A program made the position numbers and the translations under genes. A stretch of 64,000 nucleotides of DNA from Pirellulales bacterium. GTDB taxonomy: Bacteria; Planctomycetota; Planctomycetia; Pirellulales; UBA1268. How positions within the stretch are numbered: the first letter of the stretch is position 1; every line of letters begins with the position of its first letter. Positions 1 through 8,951 of this stretch are shown one piece after another. The notes under the pieces are model-generated. The model was not told the DNA's origin and made no database searches. It saw only the letters and a program-made list of their open reading frames with translations. The DNA lies in the NCBI GenBank assembly GCA_049695995.1, contig JBAVTF010000102.1:5189-69188 (forward strand). Direction: 5' to 3'.

Positions 1-1269
1 GCCGACCTCGCGCAGGCCTGCGCCGGCATCGACGTCGCCTACTGGCTCGTCCACTCGATGGAGGGCGGCGTCGATTTCGAACGAGCCGACCGCCTCGCCG
101 CGGAGCGATTCGCCACGGCGGCCCGCACCGCCGGCGTGAAGCGGATCGTCTATCTCGGCGGCCTCGGCGCCGACAACGACCGTCTTTCCGCCCACCTCCG
201 CAGCCGTCACGAAGTCGGCGCAATCCTCCGAGCCAGTGGCCTCGACGTGATCGAGTTTCGGGCGTCGATCATCGTGGGGGCGGGCAGCTTTTCGTTCGAC
301 CTGGTCCGCACGCTCGTCGAGCGGCTCCCGGTAATGATCTGTCCGGCGTGGCTCGCCACGCCCACCCAGCCGATCGCGATCGCCGACGTGGTCGCCTATC
401 TTGCGGCCGCGATCGACCTGCCACCGGGTACGCCGCGAATCTTCGAGATCGGCGGGCCGGACAAAGTGTCCTATGGCGCTATCATGCAGGAGTACGCCCG
501 GCAGCGGGGCCTGCACCGACTGATGATCCCGGTGCCGGTGCTCACGCCGCGGCTGTCGAGCCTGTGGCTCAAACTGGTCACGCCGCGGTATTCGAAAGTG
601 GGCAGGAAGCTGATCGACGGCCTGAAAAACCCGACGGTGGTCACCAGCGACGCGGCCCTCCGCGAATTCGCCATACGGCCGCGCGACCTCGCCACGGCCG
701 TCCATGAGGCGGTCGAACACGAGGATCGCGAGTTCGCCGGCAAGCGCTGGGCCGACTTCGCCGACGTCGAAGATCTGCCGCTGCGCTATGGCGGCAAGCA
801 GGAGGGGACGCGACTGGTCGATCATCGCCACCTGGTGGTGGCCGTCTCAGCCGACCGGGCCTTCGCCGCGATCGAGCGGATCGGAGGGCCCAACGGCTGG
901 TATGCCTGCAACTGGCTGTGGACGCTCCGCGGCTGGATCGACCGCCTGCTCGGCGGGCCGGGCATGTCACGGGGCCGTCGCGATCCAGTCGCCCTCGTGA
1001 CCGGCGACTTCCTTGATTGCTGGCGGGTCGAGGTCTGCGAGCGGCCCCGGCGGCTGCGATTGGCTGCGGAAATGAAGATACCGGGCCGCGGCTGGCTGGA
1101 ATTCGAAGTGGTACCGAGAGATGGCGATGTCACGATTCACCAGACCGCTATCTTTGATCCCAAGGGTCTCGGTGGCCTGGCCTATTGGTATGCGATCTGG
1201 CCGCTGCATGAATTGGTGTTCAGACGCATGCTCGCCGGTATCGCCCGTTCAGCCGTCGCCGGCCGCTGA
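1..1269 (+). CDS. NAD(P)-binding SDR/NmrA-like oxidoreductase with C-terminal DUF2867-like domain (5' end outside window)
   Basis: Frame 1 is open from the window edge (ADLAQACAGIDVAYWLVHSM...). GC3-rich codons. The C-terminal part (WYACNWLWTLRGWIDRLLGGPGMSRGRRD...) resembles the DUF2867 module usually fused to NmrA/SDR domains. Confidence 0.7.
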   Translation, partial: ADLAQACAGIDVAYWLVHSMEGGVDFERADRLAAERFATAARTAGVKRIVYLGGLGADNDRLSAHLRSRHEVGAILRASGLDVIEFRASIIVGAGSFSFDLVRTLVERLPVMICPAWLATPTQPIAIADVVAYLAAAIDLPPGTPRIFEIGGPDKVSYGAIMQEYARQRGLHRLMIPVPVLTPRLSSLWLKLVTPRYSKVGRKLIDGLKNPTVVTSDAALREFAIRPRDLATAVHEAVEHEDREFAGKRWADFADVEDLPLRYGGKQEGTRLVDHRHLVVAVSADRAFAAIERIGGPNGWYACNWLWTLRGWIDRLLGGPGMSRGRRDPVALVTGDFLDCWRVEVCERPRRLRLAAEMKIPGRGWLEFEVVPRDGDVTIHQTAIFDPKGLGGLAYWYAIWPLHELVFRRMLAGIARSAVAGR

Positions 1270-1400
1270 CTGCCAGGCTTCGGCGAGCGGTCTGCTCCGG
1301 TCCGCCCTCACCGCGTCTCGCTTACCCTGCTTCTATTGACAACCCACCCCAGTGAGCGAAGATACCGCTCGGCGGATCTTCCCCACCTCGCTCCTGCAAC

Positions 1401-1772
1401 ATGATCCGGACATTCGCTTGGATGGCGTGTGCCGCCACGGCATTCATAGTGCACACACCAGTCGTTCTCACGGCTGAGTCAACCTTCGACGGCTCGACGC
1501 TCGACTCCCCGCTCGGCCAACCGATCTTCGGTTCGCCTGAGTCCGTGTCGGAGGCCGAGCGATCGCTCGCGCCCCAGGTGCACCGCGTGCCGCTCAACGA
1601 GGCCATCGGCACGACGCTCTCTCGCCGAGACGATGTTCGGTCAACTCCCGTTGCATCCTCCAACCGCACCACCTGGGAGCGTCGGGCGTTCGCCACAGCA
1701 GCTCTCGTCGCACTGGTCTGCGTTGCGCTTGGCGTGCTGGCGGCCCTCATGACGCTGGCTCAGCGCCGCTGA
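1401..1772 (+). CDS. hypothetical protein with N-terminal signal-like and C-terminal TM segment
   Basis: 123-aa ORF with GC3-rich codons, a hydrophobic N-terminus (FAWMACAATAFIV) and a C-terminal hydrophobic anchor (AALVALVCVALGVLAALMTLA). No recognisable family. The 3' end overlaps the convergent CDF gene. Confidence 0.35.
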   Translation: MIRTFAWMACAATAFIVHTPVVLTAESTFDGSTLDSPLGQPIFGSPESVSEAERSLAPQVHRVPLNEAIGTTLSRRDDVRSTPVASSNRTTWERRAFATAALVALVCVALGVLAALMTLAQRR

Positions 1773-2689
1773 CAGCCGGCTGCAGGGCCTTCCAGCTGGA
1801 TCGCCGCGTGGGTCACGTGGTGGTCACGCCGGAGCAGTTCGTCGGCGGCACGCAGCACGGCATCGCGATCGGCGTCCGGCTCCACGGTCAGGTGCACGGT
1901 GAGCGAGGCCTCCGACGTGCTCGCGCCCCAGACGTGCAGTTCGTGCACGTCGATCACCCCCGGCAGGGCCGCGAGCGCCTGCGTGATCCGGCCCGTCTCG
2001 ATGCCGCGTGGCACGGCGTCGAGGGCCAGATCGATGCTCTCGCGAAACAGGCCCCACGTGCCCGCCACGATCGCCGCGGCCACGGCGAGGCTCACCACCG
2101 GGTCGATCCACGTGAGGCCCGTGAGGGTGATGGCGATGCCGGCAGCCACGACGCCTGCTGAGACGGCCGCATCGGCCGCCATGTGAAGGAAGGCACCCCG
2201 CACGTTGGCGTCGCGATGGCCCCGGAGAAAGAGCAGCGCCGTGAGCGTGTTGATCACGACGCCGATCGCCGCCACCGCGATCACGATCGTGCCGGCAACC
2301 GGCTCCGGCGACCGCAGCCGCGTGATGGCCTCCCATGCGATCGCGCCGCAGGCGGCCAGAAGCAGCGTCGCGTTGGCGAGCGCGGCGTAGATCGTTGCCC
2401 GCCGCAGGCCCCAGGTGTAGCGGGCCGACGGCGCGAGCCGGGCGAGCCAACTGGCCCCCCAGGCGAGCAGCAGCCCCACCACGTCGCCGGCGTTGTGCCC
2501 GGCATCGGCCAGCAGCGCGAGCGAGTCGGCCCACAGCCCGCAGGCCGTCTCCACGGTCACGAACGCGACATTGAGTCCCACCCCGAGGGCCATAGCCCGA
2601 TCGAGTCGCTCGGGCGTGAGCCCATGCGCGTGTCCATGCCCGTGCCCGCAGGACGCGTGGTGCCGGTGGTCGGATGGAGCGTGTGCCAT
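1760..2689 (-). CDS. cation diffusion facilitator (CzcD/ZitB-type) metal efflux transporter
   Basis: His-rich N-terminus (HRHHASCGHGHGHAHG), six hydrophobic segments, the CDF signature region ADSLALLADAGHNAGD and a C-terminal cytoplasmic domain. Start trimmed to the ATG at 2689; the upstream ORF extension is Arg/Ser-rich filler. Confidence 0.85.
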   Translation of the reverse strand: MAHAPSDHRHHASCGHGHGHAHGLTPERLDRAMALGVGLNVAFVTVETACGLWADSLALLADAGHNAGDVVGLLLAWGASWLARLAPSARYTWGLRRATIYAALANATLLLAACGAIAWEAITRLRSPEPVAGTIVIAVAAIGVVINTLTALLFLRGHRDANVRGAFLHMAADAAVSAGVVAAGIAITLTGLTWIDPVVSLAVAAAIVAGTWGLFRESIDLALDAVPRGIETGRITQALAALPGVIDVHELHVWGASTSEASLTVHLTVEPDADRDAVLRAADELLRRDHHVTHAAIQLEGPAAGCQRR

Positions 2690-2714
2690 GACGTTTCGAG
2701 GTACGATCATAGCC

Positions 2715-3299
2715 ATGACGCTCACATCCGCGGCGATTCTGCTGTTCTTCGTGATGGATCCGATCGGGAACATCCCCCTGTTCCTGGCGGCGCTCAAGCC
2801 CGTGGAGCAGGGGCGACGGCTGGCCGTCGTGGGCCGCGAACTGCTCATCGCCTATGGCATCCTCGTGGCGTTCGTCTTCGTCGGTCGGCCGCTGTTGGCG
2901 GCGCTGGCGATCTCCGAGCCGGCGCTCACGATCGCCGGGGCGATCGTGCTCATGCTCATCGCGGTGAAGATGATGTTTCCGGCGACGCACGGCCCGCTCG
3001 GCGAACGGGTCGAGGGGGAGCCGTTCATCGTGCCGCTGGCGGTGCCCTACGTCGCCGGGCCCTCGGCCCTGGCCACCGTGCTCCTGATGACGAGCCGTGA
3101 GCCGGGCCGTCGGCTCGACTGGCTGCTTGCGATCACGCTGGCCTGGGCTGCCTCGGCTGTGATCCTCGTGACGGGCCCGCGGCTGGCATCGATGCTGGGC
3201 GACAAGGGAATCACGGCGATCGAGCGGCTCATGGGCATGGGGCTCGTCGCCACCGCGGTGCAGATGTTCCTCGACGGCATCCGCGCGTGGCTACATTAG
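2715..3299 (+). CDS. MarC-family (UPF0056) integral membrane protein
   Basis: MTLTSAAILLFFVMDPIGNIPLFLA... is the typical MarC N-terminal motif, with multiple TM segments. An alternative ATG at 2688 would abut the divergent CDF start codon (shared CATG). Confidence 0.8.
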   Translation: MTLTSAAILLFFVMDPIGNIPLFLAALKPVEQGRRLAVVGRELLIAYGILVAFVFVGRPLLAALAISEPALTIAGAIVLMLIAVKMMFPATHGPLGERVEGEPFIVPLAVPYVAGPSALATVLLMTSREPGRRLDWLLAITLAWAASAVILVTGPRLASMLGDKGITAIERLMGMGLVATAVQMFLDGIRAWLH

Positions 3300-3342
3300 T
3301 CGTCCGTAGGCCCGTTCACTCACGACACGAAAGGCGAATGAC

Positions 3343-4467
3343 ATGGATGCACTCCGAGTGGCAGCGATCGGCCGCACGGGCCGCGGCGACTACGGCCACG
3401 CGATCGACGAGCTGTGGCGGGCCCTGCCGGGCGTCGAGCTCGTGGCGATCGCCGACGAGTCGCCCGAGGGACTCGCGAAGGCAGTCGCCCGCAATGGCCT
3501 CGACGCCACGAAGCCAGGCGTGGCCTTCACCGACTGGCGGAAGATGCTCGCGGAAGCAAAGCCCGACATCGTCGCGATCTGCATGCGGCAGCTCGATTGC
3601 CATGCCGAAATGGCGATCGCCGCGGCGGAGGCCGGCGCGAAGGGCATCTTCATGGAGAAGCCATTCGTTCGCACGCTGGCCGAGGCCGATGCTGTGATCG
3701 CCGCCTGCCGCAAGACCGGGGCGAAGCTGTCGCTGGCGTTCGTCAACCGCCATTCGCCGAGCTACCTCGCCGCCCGCGATCTCATCGAACAGGGGCGAAT
3801 CGGCACCGTTTTGGAGCTGCGCGGCCGAGGCAAGGAAGACCGTCGCGGTGGCGGCGAGGATCTCTGGGTGCTCGGCTGCCACGTGCTCGACATGATGGCG
3901 GATCTCGGCGGTAGTCCGGCGTGGTGCATGGCGAGCGTCACGCAGGCGGGCCGGCCGATCACGAAGTCCGATGCCGTCGCCGGCCCCGAGGAGCTCGGGC
4001 TGATCGCCGGCGATGCGGTGAGTGCGATGTTCGGTCTGGCCGACGGGCCGACGGGGTATTTTGCGAGCATGCGCGAGGCGGGGGCGAAGCAGCCGAATTT
4101 CGGGCTCACGGTCGTGGGCACGAAGGGAGCGATTCACATCCGTCCCGACTTCGTGCCACATGCTTACCTCCGCGAAGCGCCCCTCTGGAGAATCGACAAG
4201 GACTATCCGTGGAAGCCGATCGGCCCGGAGGGGCTCGATTCACCGCTGCCGGAGACGGACGTCGATCGCGCCGCAGAGCGGGCGGGCTGGGGGCGGCGGG
4301 CCGCCGTTGATCTGGTCGATGCGATCCTCGAAGACCGCGAACCGGAGACGGGCATGTATGCCGGCCGCACGACGGTGGAGATGACTGCGGCGGTATTCGC
4401 CTCGGCGATCACCGGCGCGAAGGTGGCGCTGCCGTTGGGAGAACGCACCAACCCCCTGGCGCCCTAG
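3343..4467 (+). CDS. Gfo/Idh/MocA-family NAD(P)-dependent oxidoreductase
   Basis: N-terminal Rossmann segment (LRVAAIGRTGRGDYGH...VELVAIAD), the EKP motif (IFMEKPF) and a C-terminal alpha/beta domain. 374 aa. Confidence 0.85.
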   Translation: MDALRVAAIGRTGRGDYGHAIDELWRALPGVELVAIADESPEGLAKAVARNGLDATKPGVAFTDWRKMLAEAKPDIVAICMRQLDCHAEMAIAAAEAGAKGIFMEKPFVRTLAEADAVIAACRKTGAKLSLAFVNRHSPSYLAARDLIEQGRIGTVLELRGRGKEDRRGGGEDLWVLGCHVLDMMADLGGSPAWCMASVTQAGRPITKSDAVAGPEELGLIAGDAVSAMFGLADGPTGYFASMREAGAKQPNFGLTVVGTKGAIHIRPDFVPHAYLREAPLWRIDKDYPWKPIGPEGLDSPLPETDVDRAAERAGWGRRAAVDLVDAILEDREPETGMYAGRTTVEMTAAVFASAITGAKVALPLGERTNPLAP

Positions 4468-4472
4468 CGCTT

Positions 4473-4510
4473 CATACAAGCCCTGAGCGCAAGCGACGGG
4501 ACCCGTCCGC
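4473..4510 (+). repeat. about 36-nt CATACAAGCCC...GGG...CCGC repeat, copy 1 of 3
   Basis: catacaagccctgagcgcaagcgacgggacccgtccgc shares its first 11 nt exactly, and the remainder approximately, with the copy at 5391-5427. Confidence 0.5.
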
Positions 4511-4541
4511 GTCTATTGGAAAATCAATCCGCGTATCGAAA

Positions 4542-4669
4542 GGCCTTGCCCGGTGAAGAGGATCCCTCGGCAGCATCCGTGCTGATGGGGCCCGCTCCGT
4601 GGCTATCGTGTTTCCTGACCGGATGAGACCGACAGGTTGAAGACATGCCCTCTCCATCCGGGCAAGGCC
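4542..4669. other. 128-nt imperfect long hairpin between convergent genes (candidate structured RNA or bidirectional terminator)
   Basis: GGCCTTGCCCGG (4542-4553) is the exact reverse complement of CCGGGCAAGGCC (4658-4669). Inner pairings include AGAGG/CCTCT and CATCCG/CGGATG. No convincing ORF. Confidence 0.35.
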
Positions 4670-4694
4670 GAAGATCGGAACCGAATGCGGTCAT

Positions 4695-5180
4695 TTATGC
4701 CGTCAGCTCGTCGATGCGCTGACGGAAGCCCGGCATCTCGCTCGTGACGAAGGCCGTCCAGGCCGCCGGCTGCCAGAGTTCCACGCAGACCGCGGCGCCC
4801 ACGACGACCACCTCGCCGCCAGGCTCCACGCCCAGGAAATCGCGGAAGCCTTCGGGCACGACGAGTCGGGCCCGCCCCGCGAGCGTCACCGTTGCATGCC
4901 GCGTCGAGAGCAGCCGGCCGAGATCCTGGAGCTGACCCACTCGCTGGGTGAGCAGACCGGCCCGCATCTTGCTCCACACCACGTCGACGGCGGCGTCGAT
5001 CCGGGGCTTCCAGATCGTCGCCGACCACAGCGAGAGGCAGCCGGCCCGCTCCTTCGCGAGCACGAGCTTCGGCCCCGCGGCCAGCAGCGGATCGAGCAGT
5101 TCCGGCGGGATTGCCAGCCGGTACCGTTCGTCGAGCGTCCGCAGGAATTCGCCGATCAGCAGGTCGGCTGCAGCGGTCAT
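4695..5180 (-). CDS. mraZ: MraZ-like transcriptional regulator (two SpoVT/AbrB-type half domains)
   Basis: Two MraZ-type repeats: LIGEFLRTLDERYRLAIPPELL and TVTLAGRARLVVPEGFRDFLGVEPGGEVVVVGAAVCVELW. ATG at 5180 preferred; an in-frame GTG at 5201 is the alternative. Confidence 0.7.
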   Translation of the reverse strand: MTAAADLLIGEFLRTLDERYRLAIPPELLDPLLAAGPKLVLAKERAGCLSLWSATIWKPRIDAAVDVVWSKMRAGLLTQRVGQLQDLGRLLSTRHATVTLAGRARLVVPEGFRDFLGVEPGGEVVVVGAAVCVELWQPAAWTAFVTSEMPGFRQRIDELTA

Positions 5181-5354
5181 ACGGGGTGCGATGTGTGCCA
5201 CTCACCAAGCCCGCCTCCGCGGGGTCCGTCGCGGGCCCCACGGTGGAGCTGGCGACTCATCCTATGTGGGCAGCAAACCCACGAATCAATGGCTTTTTGC
5301 AATTGATTCGGGCCCGTAACCCACGGAAGAGCAGTCTAGCGGGGGGTGCCGCCC

Positions 5355-5427
5355 AAGAAAAGCCCCTGGGCGAGAGCCGGGGGATGTCCGCATACAAGCC
5401 CCCAGGCGCGAGCCGGGGGATAGCCGC
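5355..5427 (+). repeat. two tandem about 36-nt copies of the AAGCCCC..GGCG.GAGCCGGGGGAT..CCGC repeat
   Basis: aagaaaagcccctgggcgagagccgggggatgtccgc is followed directly by atacaagcccccaggcgcgagccgggggatagccgc. Related to 4473-4510. Confidence 0.55.
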
Positions 5428-5739
5428 TCAATGCCCGCAGTGGCTGCAACCGCCGCAGTTGTCGCCGCAGCCGTCGGCACCGATTTCCTTCTTGTAGGCC
5501 TTCTGTGCCGCGGCCTCCTTCGAGAGCTTGAACTCGGGGCCAGCGGGGAAGTACTGGATATCGTCCTGCAGGTAGTAGGCGCTCGGGAGGGTCTGGCCGC
5601 CCACGTCGACCTGGCAGCCGGTCACGCCCGCGGCCCCGGCGGCGATCGCCAGCAACGCCACCGTCCGCTGCCGCAGCCGCGCGGCATGAAGTCGGGACCC
5701 GGTGATTCGGGGCGTGTCGGTCCGGTGTGCACGATGCAT
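5428..5739 (-). CDS. small lipoprotein with Cys/His-rich C-terminal tail
   Basis: Signal peptide plus lipobox (LLAIAAGAAGVTGC). The C-terminus is GADGCGDNCGGCSHCGH. Start set at the ATG at 5739 (MHRAHRTD...). Confidence 0.6.
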   Translation of the reverse strand: MHRAHRTDTPRITGSRLHAARLRQRTVALLAIAAGAAGVTGCQVDVGGQTLPSAYYLQDDIQYFPAGPEFKLSKEAAAQKAYKKEIGADGCGDNCGGCSHCGH

Positions 5740-5888
5740 GGCGTTGGTCCTCGCAGGGCAGACATCCGGTGTATCGACCGGCACGACCGGCAAACTTTGG
5801 GCAATCGACACGACCGGCCGTGCGAACCCCCCAGCTTGCCAGGCCGCTTGCCTGAGTTCGCGCAACCACGTGCTCCGACTGCTCGCCG

Positions 5889-8800
5889 GTGTACAACCAC
5901 GGCATGCTCGCCTTGCTTCCGCGCCGGCGTTCCACCGTCGCCAGCCTCGTTGTCAGCGTCGTCAGCGTCACTTGCCTCGGGCAGCAACTCGCTGCTCAGC
6001 AGGTGGTGCTTCCACCCGGGTTTGGCCCCCCCGCCGCACTCGGCACGCGACCGTCTCCCGCCTATGACGCCGCCTGCGCTGCGCTCTCAAGCGGCGCCAC
6101 GTCGCGGGCCCTCGACCTCGCTCGCAACGAATACAAGTCGTGCCTGCGAATCGGCGGCCAGCGCTGGATCGATTCGATCGCCGCGAGCGCGCTGATCGGT
6201 GAATGCCACTACGAACTTGGAGACCTGCGCGAAGCCGAGGCCGCCTATGCGGAAACGCTGCTGCTTGCCGCTGCCTACCCGCAGTGGCTGCTCGCCGTGC
6301 AGTTTCCCCAGCAGCAGCCGCGGGCCCGACAGCAGCCGCCGCAGGGCACCTGGGGCCGCAGCATGAGAAACACACGGCCCGCACAACTGCCTGATACGAT
6401 CGCGATTCGTCAGGCGGGCGCCGATGCCAAGCAGGTGCTGGAGCAAGGAGGCGTGCTCGTCGCGCCCTTCGACCAGTTGATCCGTCCCGCCGAGCTGATG
6501 CGGGCGACCGTGATCGCGATCTATCGGCAGTCCGAGATCCTCGGCCCGCTCGGGCGTGAAACACCGGCACTCGACCGCGTGGCCGCGGCGCTGGCGCAGC
6601 GGCCCGCGCAGCCGGCGCACTACGCCCAGTCGTGGATCGACATCGCACTCGGCACAGCGCTGTGGGCGCAGGGCAAGCCCGAGCAGGCCACGCCGCTGCT
6701 CACCCGCGGCCTCGTGATCGGTGACGGCCTCGACCATCAGCTCACGGCGTGGGGCTTGATCGTGCTCGGACGCATCGCCCTCGATGCCGGCCAGGCCGCA
6801 CAGGCCGCGACGTACTTCGAGGAGGCCACCTACGCCGCGGCCAACGAGGCAGACGGGCGTGCGCTCGAGGAGGCATTCGCGTACGTGCATGCCGCGCGTG
6901 CCGCCGCCGGCACCCGCGGCGTGCCCCCCTCGATCGCCGGTGCGATCACCTGGGCCGATCGCGACTGGCCAGTGCTGCACGAGCGGCTGGTGGCGATGCA
7001 GGCGGAGTGTCTCGCCACAGGCGGCGACGCCCGGGCGGCGGCGGCGGCCCTCAAGCAGATCGACGGCCGGCTGCTGCGGGCCGATCCGGGCCGCGGTCAG
7101 CTCGGGGCCGAGGTGGCCTACGCGCAGGCCATCCTCGGCTATGCCACGGCCGATGTGCGGGCGGGCGACACGGCCCTCGACGCCGCGATCGAGATCGCGC
7201 GGCCGCGCAGCCCACGGCTCTTTCAGGTGACGCGGCTCGTCGAGCTCGTGGTTCAGGGTTCCGGCAACCTATCCGACCGGCAGATCGACGCGTTGTTCGC
7301 CGACCTGCTCGCGCCGCCGGCGGACCGCGACTTCACGGCCAAGCCGCTCGACACGCTCGCCGTGATCTCGAGTGATCGGCACGCCGCCTTCGAAACCTGG
7401 CTCGCCGTCGCCACGCGCCGCGACTCCGATCGGGCCTTCGAGGCGGCCGAGGCGCTGGTCCGCGACCGCTGGCTTTCGGCGCGGCCGCTCGGAGGCCGGC
7501 GGCTCGCGATCGATCGGCTGCTTGCGGCCGATCCAGCGGTGCTCGAGCCCACCGCTGCGGCCCGCCGCGCGGCGCTCCTCGGGAATCGCCGCGACCTCGG
7601 CGCCACGCTCGATGCATTCGCCCTGCTCCGCGGCCGGCTCGCCGCTGACCTGCTGGCGGCCAAGCAGGCGCCCGCCGAGAAGCAGCTGGCCGGCAGCGAC
7701 GACGACTGGGCGAAGTATCAGGCACTGGCCGCCACGCGCACGGCGTTCGTCGCCGCGCTCTCTGCGGGCCGCGAGGCCACGGCGATCGATTTTCCACCGC
7801 TCACGCCGACGGCCGAGATTCGCACGCGCCTCGCCCCGAAGCAGCTCATCCTGTCGTTTCGCTGGACCCGCACAGGCCTGACGGCCGCGCTCGAATCCCG
7901 CGATCGCCAGGCGACCTGGGAGGTGCGGCAGGCGGCCGGCATTCCGGTTGAGGTCGCGCAGCTGGCGAAGTCGCTGTGCCTGTTCGACCCCGATGCGGCG
8001 GTCTCCACCGACAAGCTCGTGGCGGGCGGCTGGCGCGACTCGGCCGCGCAACTCGAGCGGATGCTGTTCGAGAACTCCCGCGTCACGCTCGCCGAGGGCG
8101 TCGACGAGCTCGTGATCGTGCCCGATGGCTGGCTGTGGTACGTGCCGTTCGAGCTGTTGCCGATCGCGTCGGGCAAGGGCGACGCGGGCCCCACGTTGCT
8201 CCGCGATGTCTGCCGTGTGCGGTATGCCCCCACGCGCAGCCTCGCCGTGGCACGGCTGCCGGCCGCGGCAGGCACGGGCCCGGTCGGCATTCACGTCGGC
8301 CGACTTGCCCGCGGCCCGAAAGCGACCAGCGAGGAGACGCTCGACCGTCTCACGCAGGGGGTCGATCGGGCGGTGCCGCTGCCGCTGCCCGAGAAACCTC
8401 CAGCGCCGCTCGTGGCCTCAGTGTTCGACGGCCTCGCCGTGCTCGATGATCTCGGCATGCTGGGCCCATCTCCCGCGGCATCACTCGTGCCCGGTGCGTC
8501 GGGCCGGGGCGGCATTCCGCTGGCCGACTGGCTCGCGCCGCCGCAGAAGCGGCCGGGCTTCGTGCTCTTACCGGGGATGCAGTCGGCATTCGCGCGGGGC
8601 CTGGAGAAGGGCAGCCTGCCGCCGCGTCCAGGCGACGATCTCTTCATGCCGGCCATCGATCTGCTCGCGGCCGGCGCCCACACGGCCGTGCTCGCCCGGT
8701 GGCGAGTCGGGGGCCGCACCACGACCGACCTCATGCTCGAGTTTCTGCGGGATGCGACGGTCACCGCCGCGGATGCGCCGCCGCCTCCGGCATCGGCGAG

Positions 8801-8951
8801 CTGGCAGCGGGCGGTCGACGTGGTGACTGCCGAGGCACCCGATGCCAACCGCGAGCCCCGGCTCAAGCAGGGCGAGGCGGTGCTCACCGACGCGCGGCAT
8901 CCCTTTTTCTGGGCGGGCTATCTGCTGATCGACGGCGCGGCAGCGCGGTAG
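5889..8951 (+). CDS. secreted TPR-like / CHAT-domain protein
   Basis: Signal-like N-terminus (MLALLPRRRSTVASLVVSVVSVTCLG), a long Ala/Leu-rich helical repeat region, and a C-terminal CHAT-type block (LVIVPDGWLWYVPFELLP ... HPFFWAGYLLIDG). Confidence 0.75.
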   Translation: MYNHGMLALLPRRRSTVASLVVSVVSVTCLGQQLAAQQVVLPPGFGPPAALGTRPSPAYDAACAALSSGATSRALDLARNEYKSCLRIGGQRWIDSIAASALIGECHYELGDLREAEAAYAETLLLAAAYPQWLLAVQFPQQQPRARQQPPQGTWGRSMRNTRPAQLPDTIAIRQAGADAKQVLEQGGVLVAPFDQLIRPAELMRATVIAIYRQSEILGPLGRETPALDRVAAALAQRPAQPAHYAQSWIDIALGTALWAQGKPEQATPLLTRGLVIGDGLDHQLTAWGLIVLGRIALDAGQAAQAATYFEEATYAAANEADGRALEEAFAYVHAARAAAGTRGVPPSIAGAITWADRDWPVLHERLVAMQAECLATGGDARAAAAALKQIDGRLLRADPGRGQLGAEVAYAQAILGYATADVRAGDTALDAAIEIARPRSPRLFQVTRLVELVVQGSGNLSDRQIDALFADLLAPPADRDFTAKPLDTLAVISSDRHAAFETWLAVATRRDSDRAFEAAEALVRDRWLSARPLGGRRLAIDRLLAADPAVLEPTAAARRAALLGNRRDLGATLDAFALLRGRLAADLLAAKQAPAEKQLAGSDDDWAKYQALAATRTAFVAALSAGREATAIDFPPLTPTAEIRTRLAPKQLILSFRWTRTGLTAALESRDRQATWEVRQAAGIPVEVAQLAKSLCLFDPDAAVSTDKLVAGGWRDSAAQLERMLFENSRVTLAEGVDELVIVPDGWLWYVPFELLPIASGKGDAGPTLLRDVCRVRYAPTRSLAVARLPAAAGTGPVGIHVGRLARGPKATSEETLDRLTQGVDRAVPLPLPEKPPAPLVASVFDGLAVLDDLGMLGPSPAASLVPGASGRGGIPLADWLAPPQKRPGFVLLPGMQSAFARGLEKGSLPPRPGDDLFMPAIDLLAAGAHTAVLARWRVGGRTTTDLMLEFLRDATVTAADAPPPPASASWQRAVDVVTAEAPDANREPRLKQGEAVLTDARHPFFWAGYLLIDGAAAR

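Noticed and set aside
2687-2690. Shared CATG putting the CDF and MarC start codons back to back
   Set aside because: It depends on choosing the 2688 ATG for the MarC-like gene. The ATG at 2715 gives the canonical family N-terminus and leaves a small intergenic gap.
1824-2990. 388-aa ORF on the minus strand, and several 100-300 aa ORFs overlapping the CDF and MarC genes
   Set aside because: Arg/Gly/Pro/Asp-rich low-complexity translation, typical of shadow frames in high-GC DNA. The overlapping frames encode clear CDF and MarC family proteins.
4542-4669. Calling the long hairpin an SRP (4.5S) RNA
   Set aside because: Only a partial GGUCAGG...AGCCA resemblance on the minus strand. The conserved GNRA-capped helix 8 and its symmetric loop could not be reconstructed by eye, so it is kept as an unclassified structure.
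5237-5325. MraZ operator boxes upstream of mraZ (GTGGG/CCCAC motifs)
   Set aside because: The motifs are present three to four times, but about 40 nt apart and in mixed orientation. Characterised MraZ operators show closely spaced direct repeats with about 10-bp periodicity.
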